Assembly: GCF_018977255.1 (NCBI RefSeq)
Contig: NW_024704743.1
Coordinates: 43,402,001-43,466,000 of the forward strand
DNA length: 64,000 nt
DNA from: Callorhinchus milii
Taxonomy: Eukaryota
Direction of reading: 5' to 3'
Positions 12,138 through 24,530 of the stretch are shown piece by piece; position 1 is the stretch's first letter; every line of letters begins with the position of its first letter. Both the position numbers and the translations under genes were made by a program. Under the pieces are notes generated by a model. It made no database searches and was not told the DNA's origin. It was given only the letters and a program-made list of their open reading frames with translations.

Positions 12138-12395
12138 TAATAATAATAATACTTGCATTTGATATAGCGCTTTTCACGTCGGGAGGACGTCCCAAAGCAC
12201 TTCACAGAACACACTGTAAAGTGAATTGACTGTATATTTGTCGGCAAACGCAGCAGCCAATTGCGCACAGCAATGTCCCACAAACAGTCGTAGATTGAAA
12301 ATGACCAATTATTTTTATTATTGTTTTTGGTTTTGGAGGGATTATTATTAGGCGTGTGGAGTAAGGAAACTTGCCCAAGGTTTCGCCCTGCCCTC
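12138..12395 (-). mobile_element. tRNA-Ala-derived SINE (SINE2-1_CM-like), short class, head truncated
   Basis: Near-identical to 18905-19140 in reverse orientation, with a (TAA)n tail. Confidence 0.92.
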
Positions 12396-13114
12396 AGGTC
12401 TCTTCCCATCCGAGCACCTCCCTATCACCCTAATGTGATATCACCCTATAGCTTTGACTGCTCACTAACACAGGTCTGCTGTACGTCCCCCAACCCCTCT
12501 GCAGCACCATCGGTTGCCGAGTCTTCAGTTATTATGCCCCTAACCTCTGGAACTCCCCGTCTATCCCTCTGCCTTCCCCACTCTCTATTGATCTTTAAAT
12601 TCTACTTAAAAACCTCCCCTCGATCGCACCAATGGTCACCTTGCCTCCCCCATCCAGTTTCCAAACCGCCACTGTGAAGAGCTCCAAGACATTGTCCTAT
12701 GTGAAGGCATTATATAAATGCAAGTTTTTATTGTTGTCCACTACCCACCCTCTGACAAATTAAATTGGTTTTTAAAGTTCATAAGCTTGAGGTTCACAGA
12801 ACAAAGGCCTCCTAAATTTGAATGGTTTGTTACCTACAAAGAACGAGTTAAGATTGACCATGTGAAAATTGTCTACTGCAAGTGCTTGATTGGTAAGGGA
12901 ATGGAACAGCCCCACTTCATGCAGCAAGTTCCAGAGAGAGAGAGAGAAAGTGAAAACAAAAGCAACGTCGCTTAGAGTAAAAAGTCGATACTCTTGAATT
13001 TTATCAGTCTAAATCTACACGAAGAACAGAGGAGTCAAGGGGTACAAGAGGGGAGACATTAGGAGAGGTGATTAGGAGAGGTGGAGGTTAAATTGGAGTT
13101 TTTTTTGGTCAACT

Positions 13115-13215
13115 AGGCGTCTGATGCATGCTGAAACCCATCACCATGCTTTAGAGTATCCAAATCAAGCTGAGAATTCCATGCATATCAACTATACGTG
13201 GAAATTCCAGAGATG
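13115..13215 (+). repeat. Unidentified interspersed repeat family Y, copy 1 (others at ~34540-34660 and ~39705-39760)
   Basis: Shared core CCATGCTTTAGAGTATC(C/T)AAA and TCTGA(T/C)(G/A)CATGC(T/A)GAAACC. Confidence 0.6.
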
Positions 13216-13997
13216 TTTATTGGGATGGAATGCCCAAGTGGTGAGTCTATTGAAATTTGCATCTCCTAAACATAAGATTGAGAAACAAAATCCCTGTTTG
13301 TGACTTCTCTGCTCTGGGCTTGTCAATTTTACTGGTGGGAAAACAGTGCATTCCAAACAGGTTCAAGAGGAGTCATCTGGTTGCTGATGAAAATCATAGC
13401 TCACTTTAAAAGAAAGCTGTCTATGGAAATCACTCAAGTAAAGCTGAAGCCAGACAAACTTGCAATACAAAGTTGTGACGCTCCACAAGTTTAAATCGAA
13501 ATCTGTTAAGGCACCAAGCTGAAAATTAATTTCTTCTACCTTGATATTGAGTTCAGCAATGTCATATGAGTGGAATCTTTACTTTGGTCAATAGTACCTT
13601 ACAGAAGTCAAGAGAGAACAGAGGGAGAAGTGATTATACTTTCCAGTGACCTCATACACCAAACACTAACAACAAGGCACTACAGGTAATGAGTAGCAGT
13701 GTCTGCGCTGTTCTTGCCCCAGTAGTGATGTGCTCACTAATCCTCTGTGCTGATAAGCAACTGCCTTAACCATGGCTATGAAGTTGACAGCAACCATTAA
13801 TTTCTACAGCTCAGGCTCTCTCCAGGCACCAAGGTAATAATACTGGCATCTCCAGTACACTATATCTAACTGGATTTATGTGGTTACAGAGACATTACTG
13901 ATAAGGACTTTTAGAATTAAGCAATTTTCTGAAAAGTTCGGAAACTCATAGCTACACAGCAAAGCTATTTACAGAGGGTTTGCATAGGATCCGGTTG

Positions 13998-14420
13998 TAA
14001 TAAATAATAATAATACTTGAATTTGATATAGCACCTTATCACAACATCAAGATGACTCAAAGCGCTTCACAGAATATACTGTAAAGTGGATTGACTCTAT
14101 TTGTGGGTGAAATGTGGCAGAAAATTTGCACACAGCAATGTCCCACAAACAAACATGGAGTGAGTGACCAATTTATTTTATTTATGGGATTTATAGGCCA
14201 GGACAATGGAAGAAACTCCCTTCTCTTTTCGATTAGTGCAATGGAATTTTTAACATCCACCTGAACAGGCTGATGGAATTTGAGTTTAACGAAGGGCAGC
14301 ACCTTTCCACCCAACACTGCATTGGAGTGTCAACTTAGACTGTGTGATTCCAAATCCAGATACGGGGCTTGAACCCACAACTTTCTGATTCAGAGGCAAG
14401 AATGGTACCACTGAGCCAGG
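13998..14420 (-). mobile_element. DeuSINE (SacSINE1-like), near full length
   Basis: A-box TGGCTCAGTGG, B-box GGTTCAAGCC, Deu core CAGGTGGATGTTAAAAATTCCATTGCACT...GTCCTGGCC, and an L2-like tail. Confidence 0.88.
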
Positions 14421-14664
14421 ATAAAACACAATAAATTGCATCCATGAAGATATGAAACTCTAATATAAAGCTTTATCTGACTGACCACAGAATCCTGAGG
14501 GAATATAATTCAGAGACCTAAAATGTGAATGTTTCAAACTATCCGAAACGTGCTGAATACTTGATTGGGAAAAAAGACCAATTTCTGTAGTCGAAGAACT
14601 AATAGACTTATCAAATTAGTCATTTTTGTCTAGAAAATGTATCACTCCTCATTTCTACCGGCCG

Positions 14665-14810
14665 TGCTTTCGATCACCTTGCTTCCCCCCCGCCCTCCAC
14701 CCTCCCCAAGCCCAACCCCCAGCTTGAGTCCAAAACACTGACTGTCCAGGGCCTTGGGACGTCCTCCTGATGTGAAAGGCAATATACAAATGTAATTTTA
14801 TTGTTGTTGT
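14665..14810 (+). mobile_element. LINE-2 3'UTR/tail
   Basis: TGACTGTCCAGGGCCTTGGGACGTCCTCCTGATGTGAAAGGC plus (TTG)n. Confidence 0.88.
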
Positions 14811-15579
14811 AACTTAAAGATACTCTTCAGCACAGGTTTGAAATAAGTACAGTAACCAAGATGATTTTAGACAAACTCTTCACTTTGTATGACCACAGGT
14901 GAGACTATCAGGAGGCTACTGTTTCTCCAGAGAGATAATACACATTCCATTATTACTATTATTAGTATTATTATTAATAACAACAATAATAATAATTCTT
15001 GTGTTTGATATTGCATCTTTCATGTTAGGACATCTCAAAAACACTTACAAGATATACTGTAAAATGTAATAACTGTATTTTGTAGGGAAATGCGACAGCC
15101 AGTTCATCAGAGAGCAGTGAGGTGATGGGTGGCACTGATGGATGTCTCTACTTGCAGGACATTAAGATGTTACACTATCTCATAACAAGGCAGAGTGGTT
15201 TCTGTTGTCATTTCAAAATGATGTGTTACTTGGATTTGTCATCACAACAGGCATGCCACTGACCAGCGAGCCCTGAAGTTGCGAAGGGAGTAGCAAACCA
15301 ATTTGTCCTGTGGGTTGCAGAGCCTCCAAACAGTTTGTTGCTGTTTGACTCAGTGAGATACTCGGTTGAAACCTACCATTCTGAATATCTGATATTCCCA
15401 TGTGTATCACAGCCTACACACCACCCTATGTGTAAGATAAATCAACATGTGAAGTGACCTAAGAGCACTCATATCCATTGCTCTAATCTGTGTCTTTTGA
15501 CGGTCCTCTCATGGTTTCAGACAAGAATCAGATGCATTCCATCTTCTTTTTGCCAAAGAGAAAAACATAAATGCAATGA

Positions 15580-15705
15580 ATCCCGTCATAACTGAAAGTC
15601 TAAATTCCTGAACCCCTGCCTGACCCCTCTCAAAACAATATCTTTTTAAAGAGGGAGCTCAAAACTGAACACAATATTCCAAGTTTTGCCTCACAAATGA
15701 TCCTC
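15580..15705 (-). mobile_element. CR1 ORF2 fragment
   Basis: Minus strand encodes FVRQNLEYCVQF*AP (cf. LVRPHLEYCVQFWSP). Confidence 0.7.
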
Positions 15706-16729
15706 ACCAGGTTAGAGAAATGGGACCACTTTATGTAAACCGTGGCGAATAACAATTTGACTATGGGTAGTATTTACCCATCATCACAACTAGGTGTTAA
15801 TTAACTTATCCAAACATTGCAAATTGATCCGAAGATTTCTAGTCTCTTCATTAATGAGGTGATAGATAAGGAATGCGACTGAAACCTGTTCTGGCAGCTT
15901 CTATCAGCTTTAATGGTGTAAAAATCAAATGCAAGGATTATTAAATATTTAAATTATTAATTTGTGTAACATGAATCCAGCCACAAACAACTTCAAAAGA
16001 TGTGAACTTCTATCGCAATGATTGGCCTAATTATCTATTTCAATAACCCAGCAGGAGAGATCTAAATGTAATTGAGTATAAACTCAAGACAAAAGTTGTG
16101 TGAGAGGAGTTTTAACCACAACCCGTACAGGACTCTGCCTTGACCTTTAGATAATTCATTATGTTCACGTCCTACTCCTGTGATTGAGAAGACTTGCTAC
16201 CCAGATCTCCTCTCACTGGGCCAATTTATTTCATAGAGCATATCATAGGCTAATCTCTTGGGAATTGTACAAGCTTCTTCAGTACAGTAGACAGCCCAGC
16301 TAAAGCACAATCATATGGAACAGATGGAGTAATTATTCACTCCTCAGTGTCAATATTTAGCTCGCAAGATTGAATTCAGACTTTGATTAATTCCTCAGGA
16401 TACTGTCCAGATATCTTCTTAATCATATAAATTAATGTGATGTAAAACTTATTACTGCCAGATGTAATTATTCTCCATTCCTTAAAAAAATAGTGAAGGT
16501 GACTTTTCTCACGTCGCCATGAATGTTTATTTTTAAATTATGGAAATGAATGATTCAGTCCCACAATTTAATCCAATAATTTGTTCTTGGTTGAAACAAT
16601 CATTAAAATAATGATGGATATATTAGATGAGCAAGGTAGCAACAAAGAAACCCTGTTCCTATACAATTGTCTGAGTCCAGTATTTCAGACTGTGTGTTAT
16701 AAGGAAGAGCAAAACAAACAGGTGTCTTC

Positions 16730-17345
16730 TGGTTGTCTTGTCCTTTCTACCCCAAATTTGTGTTATGATCTGCTCTGCCTTCCCCCACCTCCGCAACATT
16801 GTGCGGCTCCTCCACTGTCTCACATCACAGGCCGCCAAATCCCTCGTACACGCATTCATAACATCCAGGCTCGACCATGCAAACTCTCTGCTTGACGTCT
16901 TCCCCAACTCCTCCCTCCATGGGCAAATCATCCAGAACTCTGCAGCCAGTGTCCTCTTCTGCACCCGGCTCTGTGACCCTATCACCCCTATCCTCGCTCG
17001 ACTCCATAGCTTCCCATCACACAGAGGATACAGTTCTAGATCCTGGTTCTTACCTTCAATGCCCTCCATGGCCTTGCTCCCCCTTACTTCTGTGACCTCT
17101 AATCCCCTATCAACTTGCCCACTCCCTCCGCTCAGCGGGATCCGGCCTGCTTCACGCCCCCCATCTCACCTTCCCCACCATTGGCGGGCAGGCCTTCAGC
17201 CACTCTGCCCCCACCCTCTGGAATTCCATCCCGCAGTCCCTCCGCCTCGCTTCCTCCCTTATTTCCTTCAAGACCCATCCCAGACCCTTCTCTTTGCCTT
17301 TGGTCATCCTCCTTCCCCCCTTGCCCTCCTCCACGCCGAGAGGAG
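16730..17345 (+). mobile_element. LINE-2 ORF2 C-terminal fragment
   Basis: HLRNIVRL...LVHAFITSRLDHANSLL...IIQNSAASVL. Confidence 0.92.
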
Positions 17346-17869
17346 AGCAGACTGAGCATGGAAGATGTCACACTGCCCAGGAATTAAATATAGTGTCATT
17401 TATTTGGTCTCATGTCAGGAGGCATGTGGACATTTATTCAACAGTGCGACAAATTTTGGTTTGTAATGAAACATTTTGCATCTTGTTGAGGACTTCAGAC
17501 GATAATTATGGTTCTAGCAACTGAGAGCTGAAATGTTTAGCAGTGGCGGAGCCATGACTAACCCCCACTGGCCTTATCTTTGTCACCAATGACAAAGCAA
17601 AGTCTCCCACTGTTGACTGAATCCTAATAACAGCACTAAGAGAAAAGTGCCTGCCTGTTGGTGACATGGATTTACCATTATAGATACTGCCTCCAGTAGC
17701 ACCACCAGTGGGAAATACTGACCCATATATATTAGTGTTATAAAACTTTTAATATCTTCACATACATTTGGAGGACCTTATCCTTATCCTGTGCCTACTT
17801 GTTTGAACCAACACTAGGGAGCCTATGGGCAATCATTGCCTAATTTAGACCAGCAAGCTTACGATAAAT

Positions 17870-18135
17870 TATGATGACGTAAATACTTCAAGGTTATTTC
17901 CACTGGTTGGCAACTTAGCAATGAGCGGGCAAACATTTAAACTCTTAAACTGATTGCAACAGGAATTAAAAGGGAGGTTAGAAAAATCTTGTTTTTGCAG
18001 AGAATGGTTGGAACGTGGAAATTTCTGCTGGTTAAAGGCAGAGTCCATCAATTATTTTAAAGGCAAATTATATAGGTGCTTGAAGCAGAGGACTATTACA
18101 AGGTATTGGGAAACAAGTAGGAAAGTGGAATGGTG
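17870..18135 (+). mobile_element. CR1 ORF2 C-terminal fragment
   Basis: Resembles the CR1 terminus: VRKILFLQRMVGTWKFL..AESINYFKGKLYRCL. Confidence 0.7.
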
Positions 18136-18174
18136 TGGCTTAGTAATAATTTAATGGAATGGCTGAGATGTGTG

Positions 18175-18585
18175 TCAGCCTGGCTGAGTTGATAGCCTTC
18201 TGAGTCAGAAAACCCCGTTCAAGCCCCGTATCTGGACTCTAAACTCATATGGTCTGATCTGACACTACAGTGCACTGCTGGGGATGAGTTGTGTTGTTGG
18301 AGATGCTGTCCTTCGGATGGGATGTTAAATCGAGATCCCATCTGCCTATTCAGGTGAATGTTATTTGGAAAGAGAAGGGAATTTCTCTTAGCCAACAATC
18401 TCTCAAAATTAAAATAAAGATCAATCATTTCCTTGCTGTTTGTGAAACATTCCTGTGCACAAATTGGCTGCCACGTTCGCCCACAAAATACACCATCACT
18501 CCACTTTACAGTATATTCTGTGAAGAGGTTGAGACATCCAACTGACAGGAAAGGCTCTATATCAAATACAAGGAGCATTATTTAA
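18175..18585 (+). mobile_element. DeuSINE (SacSINE1-like)
   Basis: TGGCTGAGTTG head, GGATGGGATGTTAAATCGAGATCCCATCTGCCTATTCAGGTG Deu core, and the shared tail. Confidence 0.85.
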
Positions 18586-18836
18586 TACATTCTTGATTTA
18601 TCATTCTAATCATTCGTTTCAAAGTTCTTTATTCTGTTGCCCTGAATGTTACCGTTCCTCGTGTCCCAATGATCGCTGAGATGTGAAGGGAAACAATTCA
18701 GTGGGCATAAGTGTCAGAGATGTTCACCAGACCATGTCGGAAGTATTATCTCTTGAGATCGAGTTAATGTATAACGTTGCAATGTGAATCCCTCATGCAT
18801 GGGCCAGTGACTGGTCTTTTCAGATAAGAAATCTGT

Positions 18837-19140
18837 GGAGTTCTGTAGCTCAGTGGTTAGAGCACTCGCTTTGCAAGTGAGAGACCTGAGATCAATTTCA
18901 GGCAGGGCGAAACCTTGGGCAAGTTTCCTTACTCCACACCCTAATAATAATCCCTCTAAAACCAAAAACAATAATAAAATTGGTAATTTCAATCTACGAC
19001 TGTTTGTGGGACATTGCTGTGCGCAATTGGCTGCCGCGTTCGCCCACAAATATACAGTCAATTCACTTTACAGTGTGTTCTGTGAAGCCCTTTGGGACGT
19101 CCTCCCGACATGAAAAGCGCTATATCAAATGCAAGCATTA
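18837..19140 (+). mobile_element. tRNA-Ala-derived SINE, short class, full length
   Basis: GTAGCTCAGTGGTTAGAGCACTCGCTTTGCAAG head with Pol III A/B boxes. Body is nearly identical to the copies at 34164, 61807 and 63274. Confidence 0.95.
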
Positions 19141-19378
19141 AAAAATTTAATTAAATATTTCTCATCCAATTTTTCATGAGTCTGGAGATGGGACGGTGCT
19201 TTTCAGGACCACTGCTAATATTTGGAATGGATCCTATGGGAAATGACTGTTTGTGTCAGCTTTTCCACATTGCATGTCATTAAAGACATACATTGAATTC
19301 TTATTCACTATTTCTGAAGCACCTCACTGTTAGCTGCCCAAGGACTGAGTCTCTCTGTGTGATAGTATTTCTGCATCA

Positions 19379-19448
19379 GGTTTGGCTGCTCATGAACCTA
19401 CGTATTTGACTTTGTAGTCATTTGCGTAGGTTCATGAGCAGCCAACCC
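19379..19448. other. Near-perfect 70-bp palindrome / hairpin
   Basis: TTGGCTGCTCATGAACCTACG (19382-19402) is the exact reverse complement of 19425-19445. Inner stem TGACT/AGTCA, loop TTGT. Confidence 0.95.
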
Positions 19449-20209
19449 ACTGTCACTAAGGCACACAGTTCAAGGAAAGTAATATCTTTCTGTGACCAGC
19501 CCTACCCTTTGAGGAATCTAGCAAACTGGGCCTCTTTACACAGCTTTAATTGGTCATTATCAAGTCAGAGTTTGGACAATGACACGTTGAAATGTTCGAA
19601 GGGTAACACATAAAATGATCGCATTTCACCCTGACGCTCATGAACGTTGTCCTCCATTGACTAGAGATAAAACGATACTCAGAGGTCTTACCTCCTATGA
19701 AGATTGCTCCCTCACTCACCACGTTCAAGGTCTGTCTCAAGACTTGACTGCACTTTGGCTACACTTTGACTGATCTTTCAGTCACCTTTCTCTTTCCCAG
19801 CATCCTAAATTACCATCATGAGCTCGAGTGCCAAGAAATTATTAAGTGATTGGGACGTCCTTCTGACATGAAAGGTGCGAAATAAATGTAAATTTGTATA
19901 GTATCCTACCTGCTGGAATTGCCTCACACATAAATTTGCAGCACAGGAGGTGAGCGTTGTTATGAGCCTAGTTTTATTTGTGTTGTTACATAAGTAATTG
20001 TGACACTGATGCTGAGAAATCATTATAAAACCTAACAGTGCTTCACACCATTGAAGGAACTTGTATAAAGAAAGGCAAGTAATGAACTAAATTCCACTGG
20101 AAAATATATCAATTCTCATATCAATGTGAATACAAAGGCCAAATGTATGGCTACTTTAATTATCCTGTTTAAGTAACCTGTGCTCTACATCATAGCATAA
20201 TGTAGCATA

Positions 20210-22170
20210 ATTGTTGGACCAGGACACTGGGAGAAATTCCTTTTCTTTCTAGTAGTGCCATGGGATTTTTAAGATTCACCTGAACAGGCAGACAAGACCT
20301 TCATTTAAGGTCTGATCCAAAGAACAGCACTACAAACAATGCAGCACTCCCCTAGGTCTTCATTGTACTGGAGTGTCAGCCTTGACTCTGAGTTTGAAGT
20401 TTTAACGTGTGGCTTGAAGTCACAACCTTCTGACTCAGAGGCAACAACGCTCCCAAAGCAAAGCCTCTTATAAAGTCTCCCACTTGTTATGAGAGAATAT
20501 GATTTTTTTGTGTCTGTGCTGTAACCAGAGAAACAAGTGCCATTTCAATTCGAGTAAAGGTCTCAGTTCTTATTTAATTGGTATCAATGTGAGCTGAATG
20601 AGAAAGTGGCTGATCTTAAGAACAGGGATTGACATGTTTCTTCTTCTATATCAGCCACTAATTCAGTTAATCAATGTCCACTTCACTAAGACACTCAAGG
20701 AGGAAAGTTGAGACTGATCTCTACTCTTTTAGGGCAGCCAATCTTTTACATCACTTGAGATAGAATCAGCACCTCCACTTGACCCAAAATGTCAGGCCTC
20801 CTCAGGAGTACCACACAGGGCTGGCAAACTGTTTTTATTAAAAAAGGTAGAGATTACATGCCAAAAGAAACAGAGCTACTATGCTTTGATACAACTTTCT
20901 CTCACTTTATAATTGATTATTAGAGATTAAAAGAATAGGTTCATATAATCATTCATATTCCTTTGGGAATAATAATAATTTTAATCCTTGCATTTGATAT
21001 AGTACCTTTATCATCAAAACATCTCAAAGCACTTCACAGTTAGTTGCTGTAAAGTATAGTGTCTGTATATTTGTGGGCAAACTTGGCAGCCAATTTGTGC
21101 ATAGCAATGTTCTACAAACAGCCATGATTAATCTATTGGGTGGTTTGTTGGCCAGGACACTGGGAGAAATTCCCTTCTCTTTTTGTATAATGCCATGGGT
21201 TCTTTATTATTCATTTGTGCTGACTGAACAGTCACATAGGGCCACAGTTTAATATCTCATCTTTCAAAGGACAGCACCTCCAACAATGCAGCAATCCCGT
21301 GGAATGTCAGCTTAGACTGTAAAGCACTCCAGGACACTACCCCATGTGAAGGGCGTTATATAAATGCAAGTTGGTGTTGTTGCTGTTGTGATCTCAGTGT
21401 CCCAAAGTGGGTCTTGAATCCACAATCAGCTGACACAGGGGTGAGAGTATTACCAAATGAGCCAGATTAATAATAATCATATGAGACAAAATTAACTTGC
21501 CAGTTTTTGGCAAATGCTGTTGACAAATTCTGTTTTTTTCATAGGAATTTAGCAAAATGCCTGGATTCCTACAAAGCCATTATCCTTCATCTGCTTAAAT
21601 CTTCCTCACTTTGTTTTTAGCTACATCTGACCTGCACTATATCATGGAGCCAGTTGGCCTGAATAATTACACTTATTCTTCTGTGATGAATCAGAAAGCC
21701 CGTAAAACCCTAAAGTTTCATTGATCAACTTCATTTGTGTTGCAGTATTGCCTTGATTTACAAGAGTTCTTAAATTATCCGTAAATAATTTGTACATGGA
21801 AAATAGTGCCTTATCACATCGTTGAAATGTCTCAAAGTACTTCTGAGGATTTACCCTTAATATCTGGAGGATTGTTGGCCAGAATTCAGAGATAAACTTT
21901 CTTGTGTTTTCGAATAGAGTTAATGGATGTTTAACATCCACCTGAATGGGTAGAAGACTTTCCTCTTTGACTGTGCCTACGGTCACCTCCCTCTTGCTCG
22001 GCGTTGTGCTCCATCACTGTCAAGTGCTCTGGGAAGCTACTCTGCGTGAGGGGCACTGTATAAATTCAAGTTTTGATTATTCACTGGACCCCGGTTTAAT
22101 GTCACATATGAAAGACAACACCTGACAATGCAGAAATACCCCTGTACTGCATTATAGTGTTAGCCTCGAC
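20210..22170 (-). mobile_element. Cluster of three DeuSINE copies (~20210-20455, ~20968-21470, ~21800-22170), two carrying nested plus-strand L2 tails (~21318-21390, ~21965-22080)
   Basis: Repeated GGCCAGGACACTGGGAGAAATTCC / GTGCCATGGG / CACCTGAA blocks. Nested tails end in GGGCGTTATATAAATGCAAGTTG and GGGCACTGTATAAATTCAAG. Confidence 0.8.
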
Positions 22171-24234
22171 TTCCAGTTTCATGGACATTTAATACCCTCT
22201 CTGAATATTTATGCAGGACTTGCATAAATGGAGTAGGTGAAGTTGAGTCCACATTGTGCTAGGTTTGGAAGGTTTGAAGAAGGATCAGCAACACATAAAC
22301 AGGCCTGCAGTCAGCAAAACCTTCTTAAATTAAATGGTGGCAACAGGCCAAGCCACCCTCCCCCGCACATATTATCAGAGCAACAGGAATTGAAGTAAAC
22401 TGAAAAGGCTAATCAGATTAGGCTCACTCTGAACAACTTTAGCTGCTAAAGGCATATAGAGACAGCCCCTGATAAAAATAACACTAAAAATTATTTTATT
22501 TGGTATAGTGGGTGCAGTGACTATTTATATATTTAGATTGTTCAATGTATTGCAATATGAAACTGGAATAGAGTACTATAATTTACTGACTGTTAAACAT
22601 AAGTTCAAAATAGGCAGTGTTTCAAAAGGTTACTTTTATAAATGATCTTTCCAGCATTTTGCAATATTTAATTACCAATAATCTCCAAGTAATGGGAAGG
22701 TCCTTTTGTGTGGAAACTGAAATGTAGTTATTGATTTCTGATAAGGCACAGTCCCTGAAACACACTGGAGTGGATTTAGAATCTGATCATCTCCCACAAG
22801 GACAGAGAATACATTGCTGAACATTGACGAGGATTAGATTTGGCAGGAAGCCCAGAGCATTTCCAAAAATACCTCATATGTCTTACTCACCCTCGCAGCA
22901 AAGAACAAGTTGTGAAAAAATCTCAAGTTTATACATTGATGTAAAGAGATTTTTTATTATTATTTTTCTGAAGAATAGAAGCTATCTCTGCCATAAAAGA
23001 GAAACTTCTTTTAAAAATATTTACTTTGATCTACTGTGGGGCCAATAACAAGGACAAACAGGCAAATCTTAATAGCAAGTTGATTTTTGTTTAGAATGGC
23101 TCCTAACTAAAATATCTTTGCTTGAAATTAAGCATTGTTCATAGAATATTAGATATTTCCATGAATACCACACTTAGAAACAAGTAAGCAATCTGTGTCA
23201 CTCCTATTGTTTATTGATATTTTTCCTAACGTTTCCTCAAAATTAATAGGATTTGTTGAATGTACTCTTGAAATTGCTTAGTTAATTAAAATCTTCACAC
23301 ATTGTGTAGGTCAATTATTTATTTCTTGACATATGTCACTATTTGATTAGTTTTCCACAATACTGTTGTCTAACACCGTAACCTGCAAGGGGAGCTATTG
23401 TTAATTTTTACTAAAACTAAGTAGTGCATTCTTCTATAAATACGATTGCATTAGCGCATAGAGGTGATGTTTGATGATGTTTCTTAATCCTCCAGTAACC
23501 ATTTATGTAAAATAATTGACAAATATTTGCGAAACATGAAAACGGTTTCAAATGTTTGCAAGTAAACTAGAGAGAAGCAGGTGGATGATAGTTAAATACT
23601 TAAGATGCTATGCATTCATTTATGCTTGGACACATAACAGTAATATACATAAACTGTAATGTGGGTATAGTGGAAAGTTAAGTATAGGTGCTCTATTTTA
23701 CAACACATCATTGCACCTTTAGGAAAGGAAAAATTATTGGTGGCTGGCAGGCATCACATTAGGAACGCATTATAGACGTGTATGCTATTGAGGATAGATT
23801 GCACATCAGCCGGTTCTCACCTTTTATAAATAGGCTATTAACATGTTCTAAAGATTTTTGCTATGTGTCTATGGGTCAGTGAGTGATTAATGAGACAGAC
23901 TACAGGACAAGAGTGCAAGGTCACCTTAGTTCAGAGATTCATTGAAGCTTAGGAAAAAGGAAAAAAATGTTTTCATAAGAAAGACAACTTATATGATCAG
24001 GAGTGTAGTTTCACATAAATGGATAAAAATTGCTCCTGAGTCAGTGGGATCATCTCCAATCATACTTGTGATTATGTGCAATCATTGTATATAAAAAAGT
24101 ACCAGACTGGAGCATTTGCCTACACTATCAGGTCAAATTCCATTGTGGAGCTTGAACCTACAGCATTCTAACATAGTGGTGAGAGGACTAGCAACTGAGA
24201 CAACCTTTACGCTGCCATTGAATATGTTGCTTAA

Positions 24235-24530
24235 CTTTGGGTGAGATGTTAAACCAAGGTCCCGTCTTCCTGCTCAGGAGGACATTAAACATCCCGTTGC
24301 ACTATTGGAAATAGAAGGGAATTTCTCTCGGTGTCCTGGCCAACAGTCCCTAGATAAAATAATTGGTCATTCACTTCATGCTTATGTATGGGACATTATT
24401 GTGTGCAAATTGATGCACACCTACAAAATATACAATCTCTACAATTTACATTAAACCCTATGAAGCAGTTTGAGAAGCCCTTCCAAAGTAAATGGTGCTA
24501 CATCAAATGCAAAAATTTTTTTTATTGTTA
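24235..24530 (+). mobile_element. DeuSINE fragment
   Basis: GAGATGTTAAACCAAGGTCCCGTC...CATCCCGTTGCACTATT...CGGTGTCCTGGCCAAC Deu domain. Confidence 0.85.

Larger units (their letters stand above)
11262..12740 (+). mobile_element. Old LINE-2 fragment interrupted by two younger insertions
   Basis: Joining 11297 to 11845 restores VQFDSQLSFLSHIRSLTKVTFFHVHHITCLSRYLTPNAAENLNHTFVISRLDFSNA. It continues after the SINE at 12138-12395 to an L2 tail near 12735. Confidence 0.85.
13680..15200 (+). pseudogene. PIF/Harbinger (HARBI1-type DDE) transposase fossil, interrupted by SINE and L2 insertions
   Basis: NE*QCLRC...ATALTMAMKLTATINFYSSGSLQAP/GNNTGIS/QYTISNWIYVVTETLLIR (13688-13906), then after the SINE NTINCIHEDMKL (14425; cf. 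GAIDCTHVAIK), SNQDDF (cf. SCHDAF) and MLHYLITRQ (cf. MLHNL). Confidence 0.7.

Noticed and set aside
18837..18910. tRNA-Ala genes (also at 34164, 61807 and 63274)
   Set aside because: Each cloverleaf runs directly into a shared SINE body and L2-type tail, so these are SINE heads.
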